A DNA stretch of 64,000 nt, taken from a virus. Its lineage: Duplodnaviria > Caudoviricetes. Positions within the stretch are counted from its first letter, which is position 1, and each line of letters starts with the position of its first letter. The translations under genes and the position numbers were made by a program. The notes beneath the pieces are model-generated. The model was not told where the DNA came from, made no database searches, and saw only the letters and a program-made list of their open reading frames with translations. The stretch is from the IMG/VR virus record IMGVR_UViG_3300013426_000029, positions 27,134-91,133 of that record; one strand, 5' to 3'. Positions 19,013-26,899 of the stretch are shown in pieces.

Positions 19013-20634
19013 ATGATATTAGATTCAAATAAAGTGGGTATTTGGTTTACTTCAGATACCCATTTTTATCATAAAAACATTATTAAGTTTGCTAATAGAC
19101 CTTGGAATACAGTAGAAGAAATGAATAATACATTAATTAACAATTGGAATGAAGTTGTTAAACCTAATGATACGGTATTTCATTTAGGAGACTTTGCTTT
19201 TACTTCTAATGGTAATTGGAAAAAACTTATTAATGAATTAAATGGAAAAATCTATCTTATATTAGGAAATCATAAAATTTACGAATTTTAACAAGGAAAC
19301 CTGAGGAAACCTAATTATATTTGTGCTGTAATAAATTTATTATTTTATGAGACAGCACAAATTAAACATTGATTATTTTAATGAGATTAATTCTCATGAG
19401 AAGGCGTATGTATTAGGTTTCTTATATACAGATGGATCAAATAGGGGAGATGGTATAATATTTTCACAGAATGTTGAAAGAATAAATATTCTTGAGAAGA
19501 TAAAGAAGGCTTTAGATTCTGAAGCTCCTATTAGAGAACGAGTTTCAGGACTTTTTGTTCTTGAACTGTTTAGCAAAAAAATGGTTAAGGACGTTGAACG
19601 GCTAGGTGTTGTTAGAAACAAGTCCCTAATATTACAATTTCCAACTAAAGAGTTGGTTCCAGAGGAGTTTATGTCTTCTTTTATTCTCGGATATTTTGAC
19701 GGAGATGGATACATTTGGAACGGTAAGAGAAAGAAAATGATAGTTAAAGATTCTTCACGCAAAGAAGGATTTAGAGAAAGGATAGTATATAATGTAAAAT
19801 TTACTTTTACTGGATGTGTATCCTTTATTGCTCCTCTACAAGAGTATTTGGTTAAGGTAGGTATAGTAAAGAGAAAAACTAAATTAAACTACTCCAAAGC
19901 AAAGAATACAAATAATTCTACTTGTGACAAAGTGTGTACTATGGAGTACTCCGGCAGAGGACAGATAAAGAATCTCTATGAGTATATGTATTCAAAAGCC
20001 CCTATTTGGTGCAATGAAAAGAAGTTAAAATTTGAAAAAATATTTTGTGCTTCAGATGAGAAATCACCTGTAGAAACTGTGTTAACTGAGGAAACGGCTG
20101 AGAGGCTAATCCTCAACCAAGCCTCTAATGTGGAGGAAGGCTCATCGACTATCCCTGAGATGGGAGTAGGACCAAGTGGTCCGAAATACACAGCCCCTAA
20201 CGAGCAAAGTCGAGGGTGTGAGATAGTCAGTTCTCATATGAATAAAGAAGTATGAGCTATGGGTATGAGATACCCTATCGGTACTAGTCTAACGAACTAG
20301 TATAAACACCAAGGACGAATTACATAGTCCGGGTAAATATGTATTAGATTTATTTGAAGGGGTATACAATCAATTGTTAATTAAAATTGATAATAGAAAA
20401 GTATATTTAAATCATTATCCTTTTCTTTGTTATGCTGGAACATATAGAGGTAAAGATTATAATACAATACAATTATTTGGACATGTACATAGTAATAAAG
20501 AAAATACTCATGGTAAAGATAAAGATAGATTAAAATATTTATTTCCTACTCAATATGATGTAGGAGTAGATAATAATAATTATTATCCAGTATCTTGGAA
20601 TCAAATATTAGAAATTATAAATAAATATGGCTAA
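19013..20634 (+). CDS. Calcineurin-like phosphoesterase, join(19013..19273,20314..20634), interrupted by a group I intron
   Basis: Exon 1 has SDTH, LGDF, GNH; exon 2 resumes D-ELHS… with NHYP, FGHVH, DVGVD; splicing restores GNHD in frame. Confidence 0.88.
19316..19323 (+). promoter_or_regulatory. Intron-internal Bacteroidota-type -7 element for the homing endonuclease
   Basis: TATATTTG about 24 nt upstream of the ATG, preceded by AGGAAACCT twice. Confidence 0.45.
19347..20255 (+). CDS. Intron-encoded double-motif LAGLIDADG homing endonuclease
   Basis: AYVLGFLYTDG and SFILGYFDGDG motifs; C-terminal codons run through the ribozyme core. Confidence 0.9.
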   Translation: MRQHKLNIDYFNEINSHEKAYVLGFLYTDGSNRGDGIIFSQNVERINILEKIKKALDSEAPIRERVSGLFVLELFSKKMVKDVERLGVVRNKSLILQFPTKELVPEEFMSSFILGYFDGDGYIWNGKRKKMIVKDSSRKEGFRERIVYNVKFTFTGCVSFIAPLQEYLVKVGIVKRKTKLNYSKAKNTNNSTCDKVCTMEYSGRGQIKNLYEYMYSKAPIWCNEKKLKFEKIFCASDEKSPVETVLTEETAERLILNQASNVEEGSSTIPEMGVGPSGPKYTAPNEQSRGCEIVSSHMNKEV

Positions 20635-20926
20635 CGTTTGTAATAATACACTTAAAGTATATTCTGATAATGAAAAGAATTTAGATTATGTATGTAAATT
20701 CTTTGATAATCCAAATATCAATTCAATTAGAGAGTGGGTAGATAATAACGAAATAGAATTTTATTTTGATTCAAAATGGATATTTCCAGAAGAATTAATG
20801 AATAAATTATATGAAGGATTACCAGATAAAAGTGATATTGATATGACCTGTTTATCAGTAGAACAAATTAATTTATATTGTGAATTTCATACTTGTGATG
20901 AAGAAGGTTGGCATTCAATAAGGTAA
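20627..20926 (+). CDS. Hypothetical protein, YubB/DUF1281 ferredoxin-like
   Basis: MAN.C.N.L and FDSKW..P motifs. Confidence 0.55.
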   Translation: MANVCNNTLKVYSDNEKNLDYVCKFFDNPNINSIREWVDNNEIEFYFDSKWIFPEELMNKLYEGLPDKSDIDMTCLSVEQINLYCEFHTCDEEGWHSIR

Positions 20927-20929
20927 TTT

Positions 20930-21172
20930 ATGAAAATAGTTTATAGTACTGGTTGCATTTCAGAAGGAATTACAATTGATAATAAAAATTATAATTCTTA
21001 TTCTAAAGAGGAAATAAAAAAGATTCTTCATAAAATGTTAGATAAGGTAGATAATATCGCAGACTTACAAGAAATTATGAGTAATCTATGTGAGATAGTA
21101 GGTTATTGTAAAGATCTTGGGCAATGCGAACAATGCGGAGATTGGGTGTATGATTATACTGTAGAATTATGA
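20930..21172 (+). CDS. Hypothetical protein with CEQC
   Basis: ORF in operon; possible metal-binding cysteines. Confidence 0.6.
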   Translation: MKIVYSTGCISEGITIDNKNYNSYSKEEIKKILHKMLDKVDNIADLQEIMSNLCEIVGYCKDLGQCEQCGDWVYDYTVEL

Positions 21173-21363
21173 AAAAAATATTATTATTAAGTTTACTTGG
21201 ATTATGTAGTTGTGATATAGTACTTACAGAAGAACCTATAACTGTAAGATATTATCCACAACCATATTATTATATTCCAGCTAAACCAATTCATCATCCT
21301 CCTAGGGTTTATCCATTAGATCCTCCAGGAAGATATTATCATTCTAAACCTCATAGACGATGA
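21169..21363 (+). CDS. Putative lipoprotein with Pro/Tyr/His-rich tail
   Basis: MKK, hydrophobic stretch and LCSC lipobox-like signal. Confidence 0.6.
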   Translation: MKKILLLSLLGLCSCDIVLTEEPITVRYYPQPYYYIPAKPIHHPPRVYPLDPPGRYYHSKPHRR

Positions 21364-21821
21364 TTGATATTAATAAACTTATTAGGGAAGCAATGAAATC
21401 TAATGATAGAGATGCATTGCGAACTTATCAAAACTTAAAAGCAGAAATACAATTAGTAAAAACTGCTAAAAATGCTAAAGAATATACAGAAGCTGTTGAG
21501 ATACAACTGTTGAGTAAAATGTGTAAAAAATTAGAAGATGCAATTATAAGCTTCTCAGACGCTGGTAGAGACGATTTAGTTTCTTCTTATACAATTGAAT
21601 TACATATACTACAAAAGTTGCTTCCTAAGCCTGTATCAGAGTCAGAGATATGTTCTGCTATTATATTATGGTGTGCTAAAAATGGGTATTGTGATGGTGT
21701 TACTGCTGATTGTTCAATCCCAAAAAAGGAAATGGGAATAACTATAAAAGCCATTAAAGATAAATATCCTAATGCCGATGGTAAATTAATTGCTAAAATT
21801 GTAAAATCTTATGTTGTATAA
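21360..21821 (+). CDS. YqeY/GatB domain protein
   Basis: I.EAMK..D, AGRDDL, E..IL..LLP, KEMG, ADGK motifs. Confidence 0.8.
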   Translation: MIDINKLIREAMKSNDRDALRTYQNLKAEIQLVKTAKNAKEYTEAVEIQLLSKMCKKLEDAIISFSDAGRDDLVSSYTIELHILQKLLPKPVSESEICSAIILWCAKNGYCDGVTADCSIPKKEMGITIKAIKDKYPNADGKLIAKIVKSYVV

Positions 21822-22293
21822 ATTTATATCTGAGGAACCTTTTTATTATTATGGTTCAAAGTTTGCTGAAAAGGGGAATATTTTAGAAACAAAAGGTAGA
21901 GATACAATTATTAATTTAGATACAGGTTGTAAAATAGAAGGACTCGATGAAGTCATTGGACAACTTGTAGACAGTTGTGAATTTTATCCAGAAGATATAC
22001 ATTCAATAGTAAGTAAATCGGGTGAAACTACAGCTACAATAGACAATGTTAATCATCCTAAACATTACACATGGTTAAAAGATAAGTGTGGAATTGAGGT
22101 AATTGATATAGTAAGACACATGAACTTCAATTTAGGACAAATATTAAAATATATTCTAAGATTAGGGCATAAAAATGATAATAACTTTAGTAACTATGAG
22201 AAGATATTATCTGATTTGCATAAAGCTGAATATTATTTAAAAATGGAAATTAATAGGGTAGATAAATTATGCAAGAACAATGGAAATCATTGA
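21811..22293 (+). CDS. DUF3310 domain protein
   Basis: DNVNHPKHY, EVID, FNLG..LKY..R.G.K, DL.KA.YY. Confidence 0.8.
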   Translation: MLYKFISEEPFYYYGSKFAEKGNILETKGRDTIINLDTGCKIEGLDEVIGQLVDSCEFYPEDIHSIVSKSGETTATIDNVNHPKHYTWLKDKCGIEVIDIVRHMNFNLGQILKYILRLGHKNDNNFSNYEKILSDLHKAEYYLKMEINRVDKLCKNNGNH

Positions 22294-23030
22294 GTAAATA
22301 CAAGGGTTTAATAGAAGTTAGTACTCTTGGTAGAGTTAGAAGATTACATAGAAAATCAGATATATTGAAACCTAAACTGGATAAAAGAGGATACTTATGT
22401 GTTCATATACGAATATCTAAATTGGGGATAAATAAAATGGTTAAAATACATAGGTTAGTAGCCGAAGCTTTTATACCTAATCCAAATAATTTACCTATTG
22501 TAAATCATAAAAATGAAATAAAAACAGATAATAGAGTAGGAAATCTTGAATGGTGTACCCATAAATATAATGTAAATTATGGAACAGGATTAAAAAGAAG
22601 AGCTTATAATTCTAGAAATCAAGTACACAAAAGTTGTCCTATATTACAATATTCATTAAATGGAGAGTTTATACAAGAGTTTCCTTCATTTAAGGAAGTA
22701 CAAAGGTATTTAGGTAAATCATATAGTAATGTTTGGAATGTATGCAATGGTAGGGGGATTAGTGCTTATGGATATAAATGGAGTTATAAATACATAGAAG
22801 GTAAAAAAATAGAAATTCCTAATTCCTATACTTGGTTTAAAAAGAATTATGGTTTAGATTTATCAATAATTTTACAAGACTTATCATTTGATATAGCTTG
22901 TGCCATTAAGTATATTCTTAGGTCAGGCCATAAGTCTGAGCAAGATGTACCTGATAAAGCTAAAGAAATAGAAGATCTTAAGAAAGCTATTTGGTATATT
23001 AATGATAGAATTAAAGAACTAGAACAGTGA
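22269..23030 (+). CDS. NUMOD4-HNH-NUMOD1 homing endonuclease fused to a C-terminal DUF3310-like domain
   Basis: EQWK..VSTLGRVR, HRLVAEAF, VNHKNE.K.DN…NLEWCT…N, QYSLNGEFI; tail AIKYILRSGHK…EDLKKAIWYI. Confidence 0.85.
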   Translation: MQEQWKSLSKYKGLIEVSTLGRVRRLHRKSDILKPKLDKRGYLCVHIRISKLGINKMVKIHRLVAEAFIPNPNNLPIVNHKNEIKTDNRVGNLEWCTHKYNVNYGTGLKRRAYNSRNQVHKSCPILQYSLNGEFIQEFPSFKEVQRYLGKSYSNVWNVCNGRGISAYGYKWSYKYIEGKKIEIPNSYTWFKKNYGLDLSIILQDLSFDIACAIKYILRSGHKSEQDVPDKAKEIEDLKKAIWYINDRIKELEQ

Positions 23031-23287
23031 AAGATATTATTATTAAAGGAAGATATAATACAGAACATTTATTAAAGTATATAGAAGATAATTTATATAG
23101 TTTAGAAAATTGTTTATATTTTAGAACTATATTAGATAATGATAATAATATTATTGCAGTAGATCCAGATAGCGGACCATTTATGCAAGTAGGTGATAAT
23201 ATATCTAACTTTATAGAAAATTCTACAGATAAAATTATAGAATCAATAGAATATAAAAATAAGAAAACTTTAATCAAATTAAAATAA
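23027..23287 (+). CDS. Hypothetical protein
   Basis: GTG start overlapping previous stop; AVDPDSGPF motif. Confidence 0.6.
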   Translation: MKDIIIKGRYNTEHLLKYIEDNLYSLENCLYFRTILDNDNNIIAVDPDSGPFMQVGDNISNFIENSTDKIIESIEYKNKKTLIKLK

Positions 23288-23289
23288 TT

Positions 23290-23640
23290 ATGGACAATGG
23301 TTATCCTATGGGTGCTGAATTTGATCCAAATGCACCTTATAATCAAGAAGTAAACGAACCGAAAACAATTAATGTAGTTATTGATTTATGTATTAGTAAA
23401 TCAGTACCTATTGAAGTTACTGATTATACTGTAGATGAAGATGGTAATCCTGATTTTTATTCTTGTGATTTATATGATGCAGTAAGTAATCAGATATATC
23501 TTCCTACGGAATTATCTGAAACAATTACCAAGTCTCTTGATTCAGTAAAAGATTTAAAAGAATTTAAGCACTATAATAAGAACGCTCTTATAGATGGATC
23601 AGATTGGGATATTGATGACTATACAATTACAGTAGAATGA
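23290..23640 (+). CDS. Acidic hypothetical protein
   Basis: YPMGA..DPNAPYNQ N-terminal motif common in phage proteins. Confidence 0.7.
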   Translation: MDNGYPMGAEFDPNAPYNQEVNEPKTINVVIDLCISKSVPIEVTDYTVDEDGNPDFYSCDLYDAVSNQIYLPTELSETITKSLDSVKDLKEFKHYNKNALIDGSDWDIDDYTITVE

Positions 23641-23894
23641 AATTAATTAAATTTGGTGCGGATTGGTGTAATCCTTGTAAAATACAAAATTCAGAATTTG
23701 AAAAGAATCCTCCTAAAGTAGAACTACAAATAGTAGATGTTGATGAAGATACCGATAATCTAGCTTCTAAATATCATGTAAGAAATATTCCAGTTATTGT
23801 TCTATTAGATAATGATAAAGAAATACATCGTTGGACAGGATTTACTAAAACATATCAGATAAATGATTATATTGATAATTTAAAGAAACAATGA
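23637..23894 (+). CDS. trxA: Thioredoxin
   Basis: FGADWCNPCK active site, VDVD, VRNIP. Confidence 0.9.
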   Translation: MKLIKFGADWCNPCKIQNSEFEKNPPKVELQIVDVDEDTDNLASKYHVRNIPVIVLLDNDKEIHRWTGFTKTYQINDYIDNLKKQ

Positions 23895-24715
23895 AATTAA
23901 TAAATCAATCTGTAAAGCAACTTAATCAAGAACTTACTCTAGAAGGGGCTATGAAGGCGGCTGAATATGCTGGAAGAGTATGCTATAATTCCACAGATAA
24001 GATTACTGAAGATAGCTATAAAGGATTTATTAAAGGATTAGTAGCTAGAGGACACATGAGTCCTCTAGCTCATGGTATTATTTATTTTGATTTTCCTAAG
24101 GACTTTAATAATACTTATCTAACTATATTAAAGCATAATAATTTTAGTTATACTATTAGTTCTAAAACTAGGGTATTTGTAGCTACTAATCTACGAGTAT
24201 TGTATGAAAATTTTAATCAGAAAGAAATAAATACAATGCTCCCATATATTACTAATGATGATAAGGGAATTAAATATAGTTCATTTGAAGTCATTACTTC
24301 TATAGGAGTAAGTAGAGAATTAAATAGGCATGCAGTTTCTTTAGTTATATGTGAACAATCTACTAGATTCTGTAATTTTAGTAAAGATAAATTTAATAGA
24401 GAGATTACTTTTATAAAACCAGAATGGTACTATAAGTGTAAGGATTATGTACAAAAAGAATTTGTTTCTACTTTAGGTCTTCTCGAAACTAATTATATGA
24501 ACTGGTTAAACCTTGGATTAAAACCAGAACAAGCTAGAGCAATATTACCTTTAGAAACCGCAACAAGAGTTATATATACGGGTTTAAATATAGATTGGTT
24601 ACATGTATTACTTCTTAGAAGTTCTAATATGGGGGCTAAAAATGTACACCCAGAATGTGCCGAGATAGCCAATTTGATTGCAAATAAATTTGATTTTAAT
24701 ATAAAAGACGTATGA
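23891..24715 (+). CDS. thyX: FAD-dependent thymidylate synthase
   Basis: AGRVCY, GH.SP, SRELNRH, EQSTRF, EQARAILP, HPE motifs. Confidence 0.92.
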   Translation: MKLINQSVKQLNQELTLEGAMKAAEYAGRVCYNSTDKITEDSYKGFIKGLVARGHMSPLAHGIIYFDFPKDFNNTYLTILKHNNFSYTISSKTRVFVATNLRVLYENFNQKEINTMLPYITNDDKGIKYSSFEVITSIGVSRELNRHAVSLVICEQSTRFCNFSKDKFNREITFIKPEWYYKCKDYVQKEFVSTLGLLETNYMNWLNLGLKPEQARAILPLETATRVIYTGLNIDWLHVLLLRSSNMGAKNVHPECAEIANLIANKFDFNIKDV

Positions 24716-24924
24716 TAGTTCTTTGGTTTATTGCTGGAAGTATTCAGATTGCTCTTATTATAATGTTTATTAATATGACTCTTAATATTGGTAATATTAA
24801 TCAAGTATTAATGAAAATATCTAAATCTGTATGTAAAGAAGAAAAAGCCGATATTGTAAAAGATAACAAAATACAATCTACGACAAATACTGTGAAAGAA
24901 GATAGTATACTACTGTGGCATTAA
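24712..24924 (+). CDS. Small membrane protein
   Basis: N-terminal hydrophobic helix. Confidence 0.55.
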   Translation: MIVLWFIAGSIQIALIIMFINMTLNIGNINQVLMKISKSVCKEEKADIVKDNKIQSTTNTVKEDSILLWH

Positions 24925-24933
24925 TTATTAGTT

Positions 24934-25089
24934 ATGGATAATAAAAAATTTAAAAATATAGTTTTTATCTGGTTATTAGTACTCACATTGTTTATAGTAG
25001 GAATGATAATGTGTTTTGGAGATATATATTCTAGATTTAAAGTATTAGATGAGGTATTTAAAACAATTCAAAACTCCTTAGCTTATTAA
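24934..25089 (+). CDS. Small membrane protein (MDNKKFKNIVFIWLLVL…, 51 aa)
   Basis: ATG to TAA ORF with one TM segment; not in the track. Confidence 0.5.
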   Translation: MDNKKFKNIVFIWLLVLTLFIVGMIMCFGDIYSRFKVLDEVFKTIQNSLAY

Positions 25090-25091
25090 TT

Positions 25092-25277
25092 ATGAAAGAA
25101 AATCAAGTAAGTACATTGGAGAAAGTTTTATCTTTCTTATTTCCTATTATAGGTATTATTCTATATTTTATTAATAAAAATAATGTAAAAGATAGTTCAG
25201 AATATCTTAAGTGGTCAGGAATAGGATTTTTAATCGGTGTAATTTGTCAATTAATATTAATATCAGTTATAAGTTAA
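25092..25277 (+). CDS. Two-TM small membrane protein
   Basis: LSFLFPIIGIILYF and a second hydrophobic helix. Confidence 0.65.
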   Translation: MKENQVSTLEKVLSFLFPIIGIILYFINKNNVKDSSEYLKWSGIGFLIGVICQLILISVIS

Positions 25278-25660
25278 TGAAGAAATTATTATTTATTTTA
25301 ATAGCTTTAATTGGATTTAGTACTTCTATTTATGCAGGTACTTATGCCACTACTTTTAAAAGTAATTCAGTAGGAATTTGTTATTATATGGAATATGAGG
25401 ATGCGTATGATTAATGGTGGGCAGTTGCTTGGAAGAATTCAGATACGGTTCTTATTGAAGGGACTGACTTGCTTTTTAATAAACAATACACTATTGAAAT
25501 AGTATCACGTACTTATAAATCTTATATCCGCTCTATTGCAATTTGGGGTAAAAAACATCCGAATGCAACACATTTTCCCGATAGATATGTAGAAAAAATT
25601 ATGTATTTCTGTAAATTAGTGAGTTGTAGAAAATTATCGAATCTTTCTAATGATTATTAA
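25277..25660 (+). pseudogene. Secreted protein gene with one in-frame TAA (25412-25414)
   Basis: MKKLLFILIALIGFSTSIYA signal peptide; frame continues past the TAA into track ORF 25469-25660. Confidence 0.6.
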
Positions 25661-25824
25661 TAATTATGATATATGAAACTATTGGTGTAATTATAATAGG
25701 TATTATAATTATTTATATTTTAGCTTGGTTATTCGGAGCAACTGAATGATTATACTATTAAGAACTTTGGTATGTATACTTATACTTTATGTATTTGTAT
25801 ACATACCTTTATTTATATTTTATT

Positions 25825-26325
25825 ATGCAGACGACAAAATTTACACAGAACGATATAAACGAAGGAATAGAAAATCTTAAAGTAGGAATTTGTAATATAA
25901 TTAATTCTTTAGCAAATAATAAAATATCTGAATTTACTTTAGAATTTCCATTTCCTACTACAGTAATGTATGAAATGATAATTAAATTTACTAATGGTGT
26001 TAAAGTAATTGATTATAATGCAGTAACAATTAAATTAAGAATACATAATTCTGTTAATATTTTAATTACTAAAGTTGGAAATAAGTATCATTTTGAATCT
26101 AATTTAATTAATCCTATTAAAGATAATCGAATAGTTAGTGATAAAACGTTTGCTACAAGATTAATTAGATTTCTAGAACAAGTTGAAGTTCAAGATATGA
26201 TTAGTGAGGAAGAACAAAAATATCTACTTTCTGTAGCTAATAAATTAAGAAATTATCAATACTTAACTAGAACAGAAGAAGAAGATGTTTATTTTAAGAA
26301 TATAAGATTTCCTAATAAAAATTAA
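25825..26325 (+). CDS. Hypothetical protein (MQTTKFTQND…)
   Basis: Track ORF 25789-26325; ATG 25825 likely. Confidence 0.65.
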   Translation: MQTTKFTQNDINEGIENLKVGICNIINSLANNKISEFTLEFPFPTTVMYEMIIKFTNGVKVIDYNAVTIKLRIHNSVNILITKVGNKYHFESNLINPIKDNRIVSDKTFATRLIRFLEQVEVQDMISEEEQKYLLSVANKLRNYQYLTRTEEEDVYFKNIRFPNKN

Positions 26326-26442
26326 GATATAATCTAATTTATATAATCTAATTCTTTCTACTCTGATATATTAATTTGTAAAATTGATATTTAATTAGTA
26401 AATTTATATTTTCGTACTGCGCATAATTAAGAAAGGACAAAT

Positions 26443-26847
26443 ATGAAAACATTTTTCAAAATGCTAACAATTTTAATTGTTGCGCTCATTTTTAGTAATG
26501 CACAAGCCCAGACCGCAAATCCTAGAGCTACTTATTATTATTGTGGTTCGCATGGAATGGGTTGGGGTGTAGCAGGAGGTGAACGACTAACTCCTCAAAA
26601 AGCAAAAGTCGTTAGATACATTGCAGTATCAAGAGATTTAGAAAGAAGAGGATTTAAATTAGGTATGTACGTAAAGGTTACAAGTAAATATTATCCGCAC
26701 CTAAATGGTGTATGGAAGATAATGGACCGAATGTCTAGCAGAGTACATAATAGTATTGATTTTCTATTACAGAACAAAAGCGATAGAAAGAAAATGACAA
26801 TGCCAAGACGAGTAGAAATTGAATTATTAACCAGTAGTACGAAATAA
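26443..26847 (+). CDS. Secreted 3D/RlpA-like double-psi beta-barrel protein
   Basis: Signal peptide; ATYY, IAVSRDL, IMDRM, SIDF pattern of the 3D domain. Confidence 0.65.
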   Translation: MKTFFKMLTILIVALIFSNAQAQTANPRATYYYCGSHGMGWGVAGGERLTPQKAKVVRYIAVSRDLERRGFKLGMYVKVTSKYYPHLNGVWKIMDRMSSRVHNSIDFLLQNKSDRKKMTMPRRVEIELLTSSTK

Positions 26848-26851
26848 ACAT

Positions 26852-26899
26852 AATAAGGGGAAGAATGGCTATAGCAGCTATTCTTCCCCTTATTTTTTT
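26852..26899. terminator. Terminator at the convergence of the two arms, probably bidirectional
   Basis: AATAAGGGGAAGAATGGCT-ATAGC-AGCTATTCTTCCCCTTATT stem with T tract, between convergent stop codons. Confidence 0.88.

Larger units (their letters stand above)
19274..20313 (+). mobile_element. Group I intron (1040 nt) with LAGLIDADG ORF
   Basis: 5' exon ends in U and intron ends in G; P1 CAT|AAAAT pairs with ATTTTGTG 20042-20049; core P (AACTGAGGAAAC), Q (AATCCTCAACCAAGC), R (CATCGACTA), S (GAGATAGTC). Confidence 0.88.

Noticed and set aside
19013-20634. Two separate phosphoesterase genes (19013-19291 and 20374-20634)
   Set aside because: They are exons of one gene; splicing restores GNHD in frame.
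476-24804. Minus-strand track ORFs in the left arm (e.g. 476-724, 10601-10810, 19394-19762, 23011-23346, 24493-24804)
   Set aside because: Antisense to well-supported + strand genes.
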